Source: Gammaproteobacteria bacterium
GTDB lineage: Bacteria > Pseudomonadota > Gammaproteobacteria > JAJFKG01
Length of the DNA stretch: 64,000 nt
Direction: 5' to 3'
Assembly (NCBI GenBank): GCA_965116795.1
Contig: OZ220716.1
Coordinates: 394,503-458,502 of the forward strand
Each line of letters starts with the position of its first letter. Position 1 is the first letter of the stretch. This document shows, in pieces, positions 18,563-28,457 of the stretch. The translations under genes were made by a program, and so were the position numbers. The notes below the pieces were generated by a model. The model was given only the letters and a program-made list of their open reading frames with translations, did not search any database and was not told where the DNA came from.

Positions 18563-19507
18563 ATGAAACGCTCTCTTACAATAATCAGCCTGCTCGGATT
18601 AATTGGAATCAGTATTTACACCACCATCACAGCCACCACTGCCAAATCAACAGATAGCAATAATGCCATTAAAGGTAACATAAGCTATACACTGGGTTAT
18701 ACCACTGGCAAACACATTATGAAAAATATGGAACAAGACATTAAACTTGATGTTAATGAATTTTCTGCTGGCATTCACGATGCTATTAACCAAAAAAAAG
18801 GTCGCTTTACCACTGCAGAAATGAAAAAAATACTAAGCGATTTTGAAGAACAACTGTTATTTAATACACAAAAGAAAGTGCAAGATACTGTGATAAAGAA
18901 TCACAATCAGTTAGTTAATGATAAATTATCACCGGTCGATGGCAATCCAAAAGGTAATATTACATTAGTTGAATTCTTTGATTACCAGTGTGTGCATTGT
19001 CGCAATTTATCGCCTAACTTAGAAAAATTAAAACAACACGATTCGTCTTTACGAATTGTTTACAAAGAATTTCCTATTTTCGGTGAAAAATCAATTTTTG
19101 CTTCCAAAGTTGCGCTAGCAGCTAAAAAACAAGGAAAGTATAACGCTATGCATGCAGCTTTAATGGGTTCAAAAACACCACTTACTCAAGAACATGTATT
19201 AGCATTGGCTAAAAAAGCAAATCTCAATATCAAACAATTACAGAAAGATATTAACGATCCCACGATCATGAAAGAACTACAAAAAAACCAGCAATTAGCG
19301 CAAGCACTTGGAATCAACGTTACTCCTAGCTTAATCATTACCAGCACATCACCTGTGCAGCCTAGCGCTAAGAATCCACAAAACATAAATGACTTAACTG
19401 CTGTCTTCATTCCAGGCGCAGTACCAGCAGCTCGTCTACAACAAGTCATTACACAATTACGCAGTAAAGTGGTAAACCAAACCAACAATACTCATAATAA
19501 AATGTAA
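18563..19507 (+). CDS. DsbA/Com1-like oxidoreductase with N-terminal FKBP_N (Mip-type) domain
   Basis: SD AGGAG and signal peptide; SYTLG..G...FSAGIHDA..EMKKIL (FKBP_N); GNPKG.ITLVEFFDYQCVHC; cis-Pro GINVTPS. Confidence 0.85.
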   Translation: MKRSLTIISLLGLIGISIYTTITATTAKSTDSNNAIKGNISYTLGYTTGKHIMKNMEQDIKLDVNEFSAGIHDAINQKKGRFTTAEMKKILSDFEEQLLFNTQKKVQDTVIKNHNQLVNDKLSPVDGNPKGNITLVEFFDYQCVHCRNLSPNLEKLKQHDSSLRIVYKEFPIFGEKSIFASKVALAAKKQGKYNAMHAALMGSKTPLTQEHVLALAKKANLNIKQLQKDINDPTIMKELQKNQQLAQALGINVTPSLIITSTSPVQPSAKNPQNINDLTAVFIPGAVPAARLQQVITQLRSKVVNQTNNTHNKM

Positions 19508-19528
19508 TCTTGAGGTAACTATATATCT

Positions 19529-20143
19529 ATGCTCACTATTATATTGGTATTACTCACTGCCTATCTAATTGGTTCAATTCCAAGTGCTGTGCTTGTTTGC
19601 CGATTATTGCGCTTGCCTGATCCACGTCAGCATGGTTCAAACAATCCGGGAACCACGAATGTATTACGGATTGGAGGTAAAAAAGCAGCTGTGATCACGC
19701 TGATTACCGATGCCCTTAAAGGGTTATTACCTGTTTTATCGGTACCTATCATTGCATCGGATGCAATGCACACAAGTGGCGTTGTCTCAATGCTGGCTGC
19801 CTGGACATTATTATTTGCATTCATTGGCCATTTATTCCCAGTGTTTGCTAAATTTCAAGGCGGCAAAGGTGTTGCAACAATGTTAGGTGGCCTATTTGGT
19901 TTGTCGCTACTGGTCGGCTTTATAGCAATCTTAACGTGGGTAATCATCGCTGCGGTAACACGTTATTCATCATTAGCTGCCATGGTGGCTGCTGTACTGA
20001 CACCCATTTATATTGCATTGTTTACGTCTGGATTAACATGGCTACCCTTAGTCATTTTATCAATTACACTGTTATGGCGGCATCAACATAACATTCAACG
20101 GTTAGTTGATGGTATTGAAAGTAAAATTGGTGATAAAACATAA
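19529..20143 (+). CDS. plsY: Glycerol-3-phosphate acyltransferase
   Basis: YLIGSIP, GSNNPGTTNVLR, GHLFP, GGKGVAT, RHQHNIQRL..G.E. Confidence 0.95.
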   Translation: MLTIILVLLTAYLIGSIPSAVLVCRLLRLPDPRQHGSNNPGTTNVLRIGGKKAAVITLITDALKGLLPVLSVPIIASDAMHTSGVVSMLAAWTLLFAFIGHLFPVFAKFQGGKGVATMLGGLFGLSLLVGFIAILTWVIIAAVTRYSSLAAMVAAVLTPIYIALFTSGLTWLPLVILSITLLWRHQHNIQRLVDGIESKIGDKT

Positions 20144-20147
20144 ATAC

Positions 20148-20295
20148 AGGCACTATTAAGGAAAACGCCATCTTTGGCGGATCTTGCCAAAAAGCGTAGA
20201 CAAAAAGTGCTCATGTATGCCAAATACACTACGCTTTTTTGTCTACGCTTTTTGACAACCCCCACTCAAAGCTGACGTTTTTCGGTAATATAAAG
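20148..20295. repeat. Palindromic intergenic repeat, family B
   Basis: Inner inverted repeat AAAAAGCGTAGACAAAAA/TTTTTGTCTACGCTTTTT; outer arms match 55236-55358 in reverse orientation. Confidence 0.7.
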
Positions 20296-20321
20296 TCGAC
20301 CGAATAGTTACAATAAATTAA

Positions 20322-21338
20322 CTACAGTTCTGTCAATTCCCAACGCGGTTTTGGGGTAAAATCTAAATCACTTTGTTCACCACGCTGCAAACGAAGCCAC
20401 CCTGCATATGCGATCATTGCACCATTATCTGTAGAAAATGCAGGCGACGGGAAAAACACGTCAACATTATGTTTCTCTCCCATGATTGTTAACGTTTCAC
20501 GCAATGCCTGATTTGCACTGACGCCTCCTGAGATGACTAAACGTTGTGTATTGGTTTCTTTAATCGCACGCTGACATTTGATAGTTAACGTCTCAATCAC
20601 TGCTTGCTGAAAACCACTAGCAATATCATTACGGATGTCTACCTGACGTGTTGGATCTGACTCTGATTCATAATATTGACGAATTGTAGTTAATGCATGT
20701 GTTTTTAAACCACTAAAGCTAAAGTCTAAACCAGCCCTGTCACACATTGGGCGTGGGAAATAAAATTGATCTGGATCACCGCGATCAGCTATTGCAGCTA
20801 ATGCAGGGCCCCCAGGATAATCTAATCCCAATAGAGAAGCTGTTTTATCAAACGCTTCACCGGCTGCATCATCTAACGTATCACCTAATAGACGATAATG
20901 ACCTAATGATTCCGCATAAACTAATTGAGTGTGGCCGCCTGACACTAATAGTGCCACAAATGGAAATTGTAATTGTGAGGTTGCTAACATCGGTGTTAAT
21001 AAATGCCCTTCCATATGATGCACACCAATTGCTGGCACATTCCATACATAGGCTAATGTACGCGCCAACCCACAACCCACTAACAAAGCACCCATTAAAC
21101 CTGGGCCTCGAGTAAACGCAATGCCATCAATCTTAGTCGACGATTGCGATAGCGTATGTTCAACCAACGGTAATAAATGACGAATATGATCACGCGATGC
21201 TAATTCAGGTACCACACCACCATATTTAGCATGTAATGCGACTTGACTCATTAATTCATTAGCAATAATCCCCTGCTCGGTGTCATAAATTGCAACGCCT
21301 GTTTCATCACACGATGTTTCGATGCCTAATATGCGCAT
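20322..21338 (-). CDS. tsaD: tRNA N6-threonylcarbamoyladenosine synthesis protein
   Basis: [49 protein letters not shown]. Confidence 0.97.
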   Translation of the reverse strand: MRILGIETSCDETGVAIYDTEQGIIANELMSQVALHAKYGGVVPELASRDHIRHLLPLVEHTLSQSSTKIDGIAFTRGPGLMGALLVGCGLARTLAYVWNVPAIGVHHMEGHLLTPMLATSQLQFPFVALLVSGGHTQLVYAESLGHYRLLGDTLDDAAGEAFDKTASLLGLDYPGGPALAAIADRGDPDQFYFPRPMCDRAGLDFSFSGLKTHALTTIRQYYESESDPTRQVDIRNDIASGFQQAVIETLTIKCQRAIKETNTQRLVISGGVSANQALRETLTIMGEKHNVDVFFPSPAFSTDNGAMIAYAGWLRLQRGEQSDLDFTPKPRWELTEL

Positions 21339-21524
21339 ATTGTTTTTTCTTCATCTCACCTAATAACTGCAGCATTTAACCATATCATTAGCAATAACAA
21401 GCTTCTAACGTTTCAATCATAACTGACTGGGATTTGTAATAATATTAGCCAATTTCAAGGCGCATTCGGCTGTTTTTCTAGCAAGCACTTGTTATAATCC
21501 TGCTCCCAAGCAATAAATACGACG

Positions 21525-22895
21525 TTGATCATGAGTAGTAGCACGAAAAAACTCTATATTAAAACCCACGGTTGTCAGATGAATGAATACGATTCTGCAC
21601 GCATGGCAGATGTATTAAATGATACTCAACACTATCAACGCACTGATAATATTAATGAAGCAGATGTATTATTATTAAATACCTGCTCCATCCGCGAAAA
21701 AGCCCAAGAAAAAGTGTTTTCAGAATTGGGACGTTGGCGTCACTTAAAACAAAAAAAACCTGATATGTTAATTGGCGTCGGTGGTTGTGTTGCCAGTCAA
21801 GAAGGTGATGCCATCGTAAAACGGGCTCCCTTTGTTGATGTGGTATTTGGTCCGCAAACATTACATCGATTACCTGAATTACTCGATGATGCAAAACAAT
21901 CAGGCAAACCACACATTGATATTAGTTTTCCAGAAATTGAAAAATTCGATAAGTTGCCTGAGCCTCGTGCTGACGGGCCACGTGCTTATGTATCAATTAT
22001 GGAAGGCTGTAGTAAATATTGTTCCTTTTGTGTTGTACCCTACACCCGCGGTGAAGAAATCAGTCGACCATTTGATGATGTACTGGCGGAAGTGGCTAGC
22101 TTAGCTGAACAAGGTGTACGCGAAATCATTTTACTCGGTCAAAATGTTAATGATTATCGCAGTTACTTACCCGGAGATAATCACAACGATACACCAACAG
22201 CCGATCTTGCTTTATTAATTCATTATATTGCGAGTATCGAATCCATTGGCCGCATTCGTTTTACAACGTCACACCCATTGGCATTTTCAGACACCTTAAT
22301 TAATGCCTATGCAACCGAACCCAAGTTGGCTAATCAGCTACATTTACCGGTACAAAGTGGTTCAGATCGAATTTTATCGCTAATGAAACGTGGTTACACC
22401 GTTGCTGATTTCAAAGCTAAAATTGCCAAGCTGCGTCAAGTACGTCCAGACATTAGTATTTCATCTGACTTTATCATTGGTTTTCCCAGTGAAACAGAAC
22501 AAGATTTTATGGATACCATGACATTAGTCGATGACATTGGCTTTGATAATTCTTACAGTTTTATTTACAGCCCACGTCCTGGCACACCTGCTGCTGCATT
22601 GGCTGACAGACTCAGCGTAGAAGATAAGAAACAACGTTTGAATCAATTACAACACCGGTTGTCATTTCAAGCGGCTCGCATTAGCCGCGCCATGGTTGGC
22701 ACAGAACAAGTTGTGCTCGTCGACAGTATCTCGCGAAAACATCAACACCAATTAAGTGGACGTACTGAAAACAACCGTGTTGTTAATTTTGCTGCAGATG
22801 GGCAACAGCAGCTAATTGGTAAATTTGTTAACATTCACATCACTGAAGCCCTGCCTAATTCACTTCGTGGTGAATTCATTACAGTTGTCTCTTAG
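21525..22895 (+). CDS. miaB: tRNA-2-methylthio-N6-dimethylallyladenosine synthase
   Basis: [26 protein letters not shown] radical SAM motif, TRAM domain. Confidence 0.97.
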   Translation: MIMSSSTKKLYIKTHGCQMNEYDSARMADVLNDTQHYQRTDNINEADVLLLNTCSIREKAQEKVFSELGRWRHLKQKKPDMLIGVGGCVASQEGDAIVKRAPFVDVVFGPQTLHRLPELLDDAKQSGKPHIDISFPEIEKFDKLPEPRADGPRAYVSIMEGCSKYCSFCVVPYTRGEEISRPFDDVLAEVASLAEQGVREIILLGQNVNDYRSYLPGDNHNDTPTADLALLIHYIASIESIGRIRFTTSHPLAFSDTLINAYATEPKLANQLHLPVQSGSDRILSLMKRGYTVADFKAKIAKLRQVRPDISISSDFIIGFPSETEQDFMDTMTLVDDIGFDNSYSFIYSPRPGTPAAALADRLSVEDKKQRLNQLQHRLSFQAARISRAMVGTEQVVLVDSISRKHQHQLSGRTENNRVVNFAADGQQQLIGKFVNIHITEALPNSLRGEFITVVS

Positions 22896-23075
22896 CCTAA
22901 AATCCGCAGTTGGATTGGCCTACGAAGGCTTATTGCATAGAAACTCAAGCCGATTTTTAGGATTTTTGGCGCAATCGTACTGCCCCCCGTACGGTGAGTA
23001 CAAAAATCCTAAAAATCGGCTTGAGTTTCTACATACTAATCCCTCTCGTCATCAATCCAACTGCGGATTTTAGGC
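22895..23075. mobile_element. MITE family A, 181 bp, TTA target duplication
   Basis: TIR GCCTAAAATCCGCAGTTGGATTG / CAATCCAACTGCGGATTTTAGGC; long inner IR; TTA at 22892-22894 and 23076-23078; inverted homolog at 52289-52467. Confidence 0.8.
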
Positions 23076-23167
23076 TTAACGAAGCTGGTATTTTCCGGTA
23101 GAATTAAAGGCCAGCTAAATAGTTGAAAAAATCCTTTTGAACTATACTGTACAGTAAACCCAGCAAC

Positions 23168-24187
23168 ATGAGTTACGCTACACTAACATTGAACAATACG
23201 ACCATCACTAAACAACTTGCACTTTCCCCTCCTGACAATAAACGGCTGGCCGGCTTATGTGGCCAATGCGATGAACACTTGCGTCAAATAGAACGCCATC
23301 TTAATGTTGAGATCATTAATCGTGGCAATGATTTTCAACTCATTGGGGAACAAGTAGCCGTTGACTGTGTAAGTGGTGTATTAAAACAACTATACGCACA
23401 AACCGCACATACTAACCCACTGACTGCCGAACAAATTCATTTGTTCTTACGAGACACGGATGACACACTCGCACAAAACACAACTCGTCAACCTGTTAAT
23501 AAACACACTATTCTCACCCCAAAATTATCGATCAAGTCACGCGGTTTAAATCAAGCAGATTACCTGTCACATATTCTGCAGCACGATCTAACATTTGGTA
23601 TTGGCCCTGCCGGCACTGGCAAAACCTACTTAGCCGTTGCCTGTGCAGTGCAAGCCTTAGTTAATAATCAAGTGGGACGGATCGTACTCACTAGACCCGC
23701 AGTTGAATCAGGTGAACGCTTAGGATTCTTACCGGGTGATGTTTCACAAAAAGTCGATCCTTATTTACGTCCTTTGTACGATGCACTGTATGACATGTTA
23801 GGCTTAGAACAAACTGCTAAACACACTGAAAATAATATTATTGAAGTTGCTCCATTAGCTTACATGCGAGGACGCACTTTAAATGATGCATTTGTTATTC
23901 TGGATGAAGCACAAAACACGACAACTGAACAGATGAAAATGCTACTGACTCGCCTTGGGTTCGGGACCAAGCTGGTTGTTACTGGGGATATTACACAAAT
24001 CGATTTACCTACTAACCAACAATCAGGTTTACGCCATGCGGTTGCAGTATTGCAAAACATCGACTCGATTAAATTTACCTTTTTCCAGACGCATGATGTT
24101 ATACGTCACGTATTAGTTAGAACAATTGTTGAAGCATATACCCGTTATGATGAACAATCGGCTAAGGCACAACGGAGAAAACCGTGA
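23168..24187 (+). CDS. phoH: PhoH-family ATPase (YbeZ)
   Basis: GPAGTGKT, RPAVESGERLGFLPG, YMRGRTL, DEAQN. Confidence 0.95.
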   Translation: MSYATLTLNNTTITKQLALSPPDNKRLAGLCGQCDEHLRQIERHLNVEIINRGNDFQLIGEQVAVDCVSGVLKQLYAQTAHTNPLTAEQIHLFLRDTDDTLAQNTTRQPVNKHTILTPKLSIKSRGLNQADYLSHILQHDLTFGIGPAGTGKTYLAVACAVQALVNNQVGRIVLTRPAVESGERLGFLPGDVSQKVDPYLRPLYDALYDMLGLEQTAKHTENNIIEVAPLAYMRGRTLNDAFVILDEAQNTTTEQMKMLLTRLGFGTKLVVTGDITQIDLPTNQQSGLRHAVAVLQNIDSIKFTFFQTHDVIRHVLVRTIVEAYTRYDEQSAKAQRRKP

Positions 24188-24663
24188 GCGTGCATCATCA
24201 TATTACGTTACAGAATGTAACTTCTGCACCAGATGTTCCTAGCATCTTCGAATTTAACCGCTGGTGCCATGCTGCTTTAATCGATCATAATAACCCTGTT
24301 GAAATCAATATTCGCATCGTTGATACAGATGAAATGGCACAATTAAATCAAACATATCGACATAAACAAGGCACGACAAACGTTTTAGCATTTGCCTTTG
24401 ATGGGATGCCGGATATTGATACCCCCTATTTACTATTAGGTGATTTGGTCATGTGTGCATCTGTTGTTGAAACAGAAGCAAAAATACAACATAAACCACT
24501 GATTGATCATTGGGCACATTTAGCTGTACATAGTACGTTACACTTGTGTGGCTATGATCACAAAACGACAAAACAAGCTACTGAAATGGAATCGTTAGAA
24601 ATTGCTATTCTTGCCAAATTAACTATTGCTAATCCTTATCAAGATCGTAACAATATTCAGTAA
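24184..24663 (+). CDS. ybeY: rRNA maturation endonuclease YbeY
   Basis: LNQTYRHK..TNVLAF, HSTLHLCGYDH. Confidence 0.95.
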   Translation: MSVHHHITLQNVTSAPDVPSIFEFNRWCHAALIDHNNPVEINIRIVDTDEMAQLNQTYRHKQGTTNVLAFAFDGMPDIDTPYLLLGDLVMCASVVETEAKIQHKPLIDHWAHLAVHSTLHLCGYDHKTTKQATEMESLEIAILAKLTIANPYQDRNNIQ

Positions 24664-24683
24664 TACAGGAGTTATACACTACG

Positions 24684-25556
24684 ATGTCAGATGAAACTGC
24701 CAATAAAACATCCAAATCATGGCTTGAACGCCTTAGCCAGGTTTTACTACGTAAACCACAAGACAGACAACAATTAATTAATGTATTGCGTAACGCCGAA
24801 ACACGTCAATTATTAGATGCCCAAGCATTGGATATGATTGAAGGTGTGCTGCAAATATCAGACATGCATGTGCGTGATATTATGATCACACGCTCACAAA
24901 TGGTTGTTGTTGAACAAAAACAAAATCCTGAAACGTTTCTACCAACGGTCATTGAATCAGGCCATTCCCGCTTTCCAGTAATTGCTGACAGCAAAGATGA
25001 AGTGATTGGTATTCTACTAGCAAAAGAATTATTAAAATACGTGTTTCATCAAGCAGAAGAAAGTGATTTTAATATTGTCGATAGTTTACGTCCCTGTATT
25101 TATGTACCAGAAAGTAAACGGTTAGACAGTTTGCTTAAAGAATTTCGTTTAAATCACAATCATATGGCAATTGTATTAGATGAATATGGTAGTGTCGCTG
25201 GTTTAGTCACTATTGAAGATATCTTAGAACAAATTGTAGGTAATATTGAAGATGAATATGATAGTGATGAAATAAACGATAAATGCATTACTAAAATAGG
25301 CGAGCAACTCTTCAATATTTCAGCAACAACACCAATTGACGAATTTAATAATTACTTTGCTACTGACTTTGATGACAGTACATTTGATACCATTGGTGGA
25401 CTTATCTTACAAAAACTCGGCCATGTTCCTATAATCGGTGAACGTGTTACCATTGATAAGTTACAATTTGAAATTAAAAAAGCAGATGGTAGACGTATTT
25501 GTGATTTACAACTTATCTATAATATAAGTCATCATCAAGATAGGAAAAACCAGTGA
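24684..25556 (+). CDS. corC: CorC/YbeX CBS-domain protein
   Basis: SGHSRFPV, HMAIVLDEYG, VTIEDILEQIVGNIEDEYD, DTIGG. Confidence 0.93.
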   Translation: MSDETANKTSKSWLERLSQVLLRKPQDRQQLINVLRNAETRQLLDAQALDMIEGVLQISDMHVRDIMITRSQMVVVEQKQNPETFLPTVIESGHSRFPVIADSKDEVIGILLAKELLKYVFHQAEESDFNIVDSLRPCIYVPESKRLDSLLKEFRLNHNHMAIVLDEYGSVAGLVTIEDILEQIVGNIEDEYDSDEINDKCITKIGEQLFNISATTPIDEFNNYFATDFDDSTFDTIGGLILQKLGHVPIIGERVTIDKLQFEIKKADGRRICDLQLIYNISHHQDRKNQ

Positions 25557-26059
25557 CAAATCCAAATCGATGCAAATACGCTAACTAAATCAGCAAATAA
25601 TCCTGCTGGAATAGCATGACGTGTACGTTGAATACTGGCTGCACTAAAATACACAGCCACCACATAAAATGTTGTTTCGGTGCTCCCCATCATTGTTGCT
25701 GCTAGATAAGATACATAACCATCGCCTCCGTGCTGCTGTGCGATATCAGCGAGTATGCTATGCCCAGCACTACTTGAAAAAGAACGTAATATCGCTAATG
25801 GTAAGACATCACTTGGCATCCCTATTTTTTGCAGCAATGGTGATAATGCATCTGCTAATAAATCAACTGCACCAGATGCACGAAACATCCCAATGGCAAC
25901 TAACATCGCTAATAAATAAGGAAATACTTTTATGACAGTATCTAGTCCATCTTTAGCGCCCATGATAAACACATCGTAAATAGCAACTCGTTTTATCGCA
26001 CCCCACAACGGGATACCTGCGACAAACAATAAGAAGATACTATCTGCTAGTAAACGCAT
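25535..26059 (-). CDS. spmB: SpmB-like membrane protein (Gate domain)
   Basis: FIMGAKDG, MFRASGA, GSTETTFYVVAVYF, RTRHAIPAGL.AD. Confidence 0.9.
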   Translation of the reverse strand: MRLLADSIFLLFVAGIPLWGAIKRVAIYDVFIMGAKDGLDTVIKVFPYLLAMLVAIGMFRASGAVDLLADALSPLLQKIGMPSDVLPLAILRSFSSSAGHSILADIAQQHGGDGYVSYLAATMMGSTETTFYVVAVYFSAASIQRTRHAIPAGLFADLVSVFASIWICHWFFLS

Positions 26060-26730
26060 TATGAGAGTTTCTCTTCAGCTGATTTCATATTCTCATTAAC
26101 AGCGGCATTTGTTTCAGCTTGATGGTTAGGTTGTATTGGCAAACGAAACCAACGACAATTTTGCAGCACTTTTACAGCAATAATTGCTGCGATTGTAGAA
26201 CAACTGGTAGCAAATAACGACGTAATCACAATGTCAGTAGGATGTGTTGCACCTGCTGCGACTAAAAATGCAATCGCTGTTACAGGAAGCAGTTGCACAT
26301 TAGAAGTATTAATTGCTAGAAACATACACATGGCATTACTTGCCACCCCTGGGAAACGATTTAATGTTTCCAATTGTGCCATTGCTTGTAACCCAAATGG
26401 AGTCGCTGCATTATTTAACCCTAACATATTGGCAACTAAATTAAGTACGATTGCGCCCATTGCAGGATGATCGTTCGGTATGTCAGGAAATAAACGGCGC
26501 AGTAATGGCATTGCCAAACGGCTAATTTGTTCAACTAATCCAGCCTCTTGACCAATGCGCAAGATCCCAGTCCAAAATACGATGATCCCCATTAGACTCA
26601 AACCAATTTTCACTGCCAATTCAATTGAATCAGTTACTGCATGTACCACAGCAGATAATTGGCCAGTATACGCTCCGACTAATACCGAGATTAGAATAAG
26701 TCCTAACCAAACTGCTGCTAACATAAACAA
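26059..26730 (-). CDS. spmA: SpmA-like membrane protein (Gate domain)
   Basis: LFPDIP..HPA.G..LN..ANMLGLNNAATPFGL.AM, MCMFLAINTS. Confidence 0.9.
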   Translation of the reverse strand: MFMLAAVWLGLILISVLVGAYTGQLSAVVHAVTDSIELAVKIGLSLMGIIVFWTGILRIGQEAGLVEQISRLAMPLLRRLFPDIPNDHPAMGAIVLNLVANMLGLNNAATPFGLQAMAQLETLNRFPGVASNAMCMFLAINTSNVQLLPVTAIAFLVAAGATHPTDIVITSLFATSCSTIAAIIAVKVLQNCRWFRLPIQPNHQAETNAAVNENMKSAEEKLS

Positions 26731-26824
26731 AACTTCCTGTTAACTTGAAGTAAGATGGGTATAATCCTACTATGTTTAGTAAAATCCCAGCTTGAGTAAT
26801 GAGATTAAATCTTAACTGAATTAT

Positions 26825-28387
26825 TTGATTAAGGCCAACTGTTATTATATGACTAACATGACAACCAACATTATGAAACCAATAACCCTATTGTCCCACC
26901 ATCAATCCGTTGACTTACTCAGCTTATTAGCAGGTGCTTGTTTAACATTGGCATTTGCACCATTTTCTGCATGGTATGTATCATTTATTTCACTGACATG
27001 GTTATTTAGTCTATGGCTCAACGCAACACCGTGGCGTGCAAGTTGGCGCGGTTTATTATTTGGGATTGGGTTCTTTTCAACATCAGTTTCATGGATCTTT
27101 ATTAGCATTCATCGTTATGGGAATACCAATGCTATCATTGCCACACTCATCACTGCGTTGTTTGTGTTGTTGCTCAGCATAGCTCCCGCTATTACCGGTT
27201 ATCTTAGCAAACGGTTATTCCCACAGTTTAATCATATAAGTAGCTTGCTAGGTGTTCCCAGTATATGGGTATTATTAGAATTCATACGTAGTTATGTACT
27301 AACAGGCTTTCCTTGGGTACTACTCGGACAAAGTCAATTGCACAGCCCGCTGCGTGGATTTATGCCAATATTAGGCGTATATGGCGTATCTTGGTTATGT
27401 GTCATGATTAGTTTATGTTTATTGTTAAGTTACTATCGCTCATGGCAAGTACGCCTTTTATTATTCAGCATTGTGTGTGGGCTCGGTATTATTGGTCATC
27501 AACTCAGTTTGATTCACTGGACAACACCTGACAATACAGCATTACACGTCAGCTTGGTACAAGGTAATATTACGCGTGAAAATAAATGGGATCCAAATCA
27601 TATTGCGATTAACATTAATAAGTATCAACGCTTAACAAAGCCACTGTGGTCAAACAGCCAATTAATCATTTGGCCGGAAAATGCGATTCCAATACCAGAC
27701 ACCCAAGCAACATCACTACTCAAACAATTACGCCAACATGCGATTGCATCTAATACAACATTGATTGCAGGATTACCTATTGCGTACTCAACCACATATT
27801 ACAATGGCGCGCTTGCTTTAGGAAAACACACTGGGATTTACTTAAAACGACACTTGGTCCCTTTTGGTGAATACGTTCCTTTTGGTAATTGGTTACGTGA
27901 TATTATTGGTTTCTTTGCCATTGCAATTTTCGATTTTGCCAGTGGACCAATCCAACAAGCACCAATAATGGCTAGTAATACGCCACTCGCTGTATTTATT
28001 TGTTATGAAATTGCTTATGCACAATTAGTACGTGATTCCGCTCAACAGGCAGCTGCACTGGTCGTACTAAGTGACGATAGTTGGTTCGGAGAGTCAATTG
28101 CCAGTTGGCAACAATTACAAATTGCACAAATAAGGGCATTAGAAACTGGGCGTTATGTATTATCTGCAACTAATAACGGTCAGACTGCTGTGATCAACCC
28201 GCAAGGACAAATCCATACACGCATTCCCGATCATCAATCAGGGATTTTGCAAACCACATTTTATCCGATGCAAGGCACTACCCCATGGCTTCGCCTTGGT
28301 TTGTGGCCAATCTTATTTGGCTGTGGTCTATTGCTATTAGTTGGCATAACATGGCAACGCCAATTTCGTCAACGATCGTTATTATAA
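26825..28387 (+). CDS. lnt: Apolipoprotein N-acyltransferase (true start probably a downstream ATG)
   Basis: GFPW, VQGNI, WPENA, KRHLVPFGEYVP, ICYE, RALETGR. Confidence 0.95.
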   Translation: MIKANCYYMTNMTTNIMKPITLLSHHQSVDLLSLLAGACLTLAFAPFSAWYVSFISLTWLFSLWLNATPWRASWRGLLFGIGFFSTSVSWIFISIHRYGNTNAIIATLITALFVLLLSIAPAITGYLSKRLFPQFNHISSLLGVPSIWVLLEFIRSYVLTGFPWVLLGQSQLHSPLRGFMPILGVYGVSWLCVMISLCLLLSYYRSWQVRLLLFSIVCGLGIIGHQLSLIHWTTPDNTALHVSLVQGNITRENKWDPNHIAININKYQRLTKPLWSNSQLIIWPENAIPIPDTQATSLLKQLRQHAIASNTTLIAGLPIAYSTTYYNGALALGKHTGIYLKRHLVPFGEYVPFGNWLRDIIGFFAIAIFDFASGPIQQAPIMASNTPLAVFICYEIAYAQLVRDSAQQAAALVVLSDDSWFGESIASWQQLQIAQIRALETGRYVLSATNNGQTAVINPQGQIHTRIPDHQSGILQTTFYPMQGTTPWLRLGLWPILFGCGLLLLVGITWQRQFRQRSLL

Positions 28388-28457
28388 CGTCGTACTTTGC
28401 AAAACAAAGAAATATATTGATATTGCGCCTAGTTAATGACTACGCTACACTTCGCGC

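Noticed and set aside
22816-23073. 85-aa ORF after miaB (also 33752-33934)
   Set aside because: Reads through MITE sequence and overlaps real genes; no transposase motifs.
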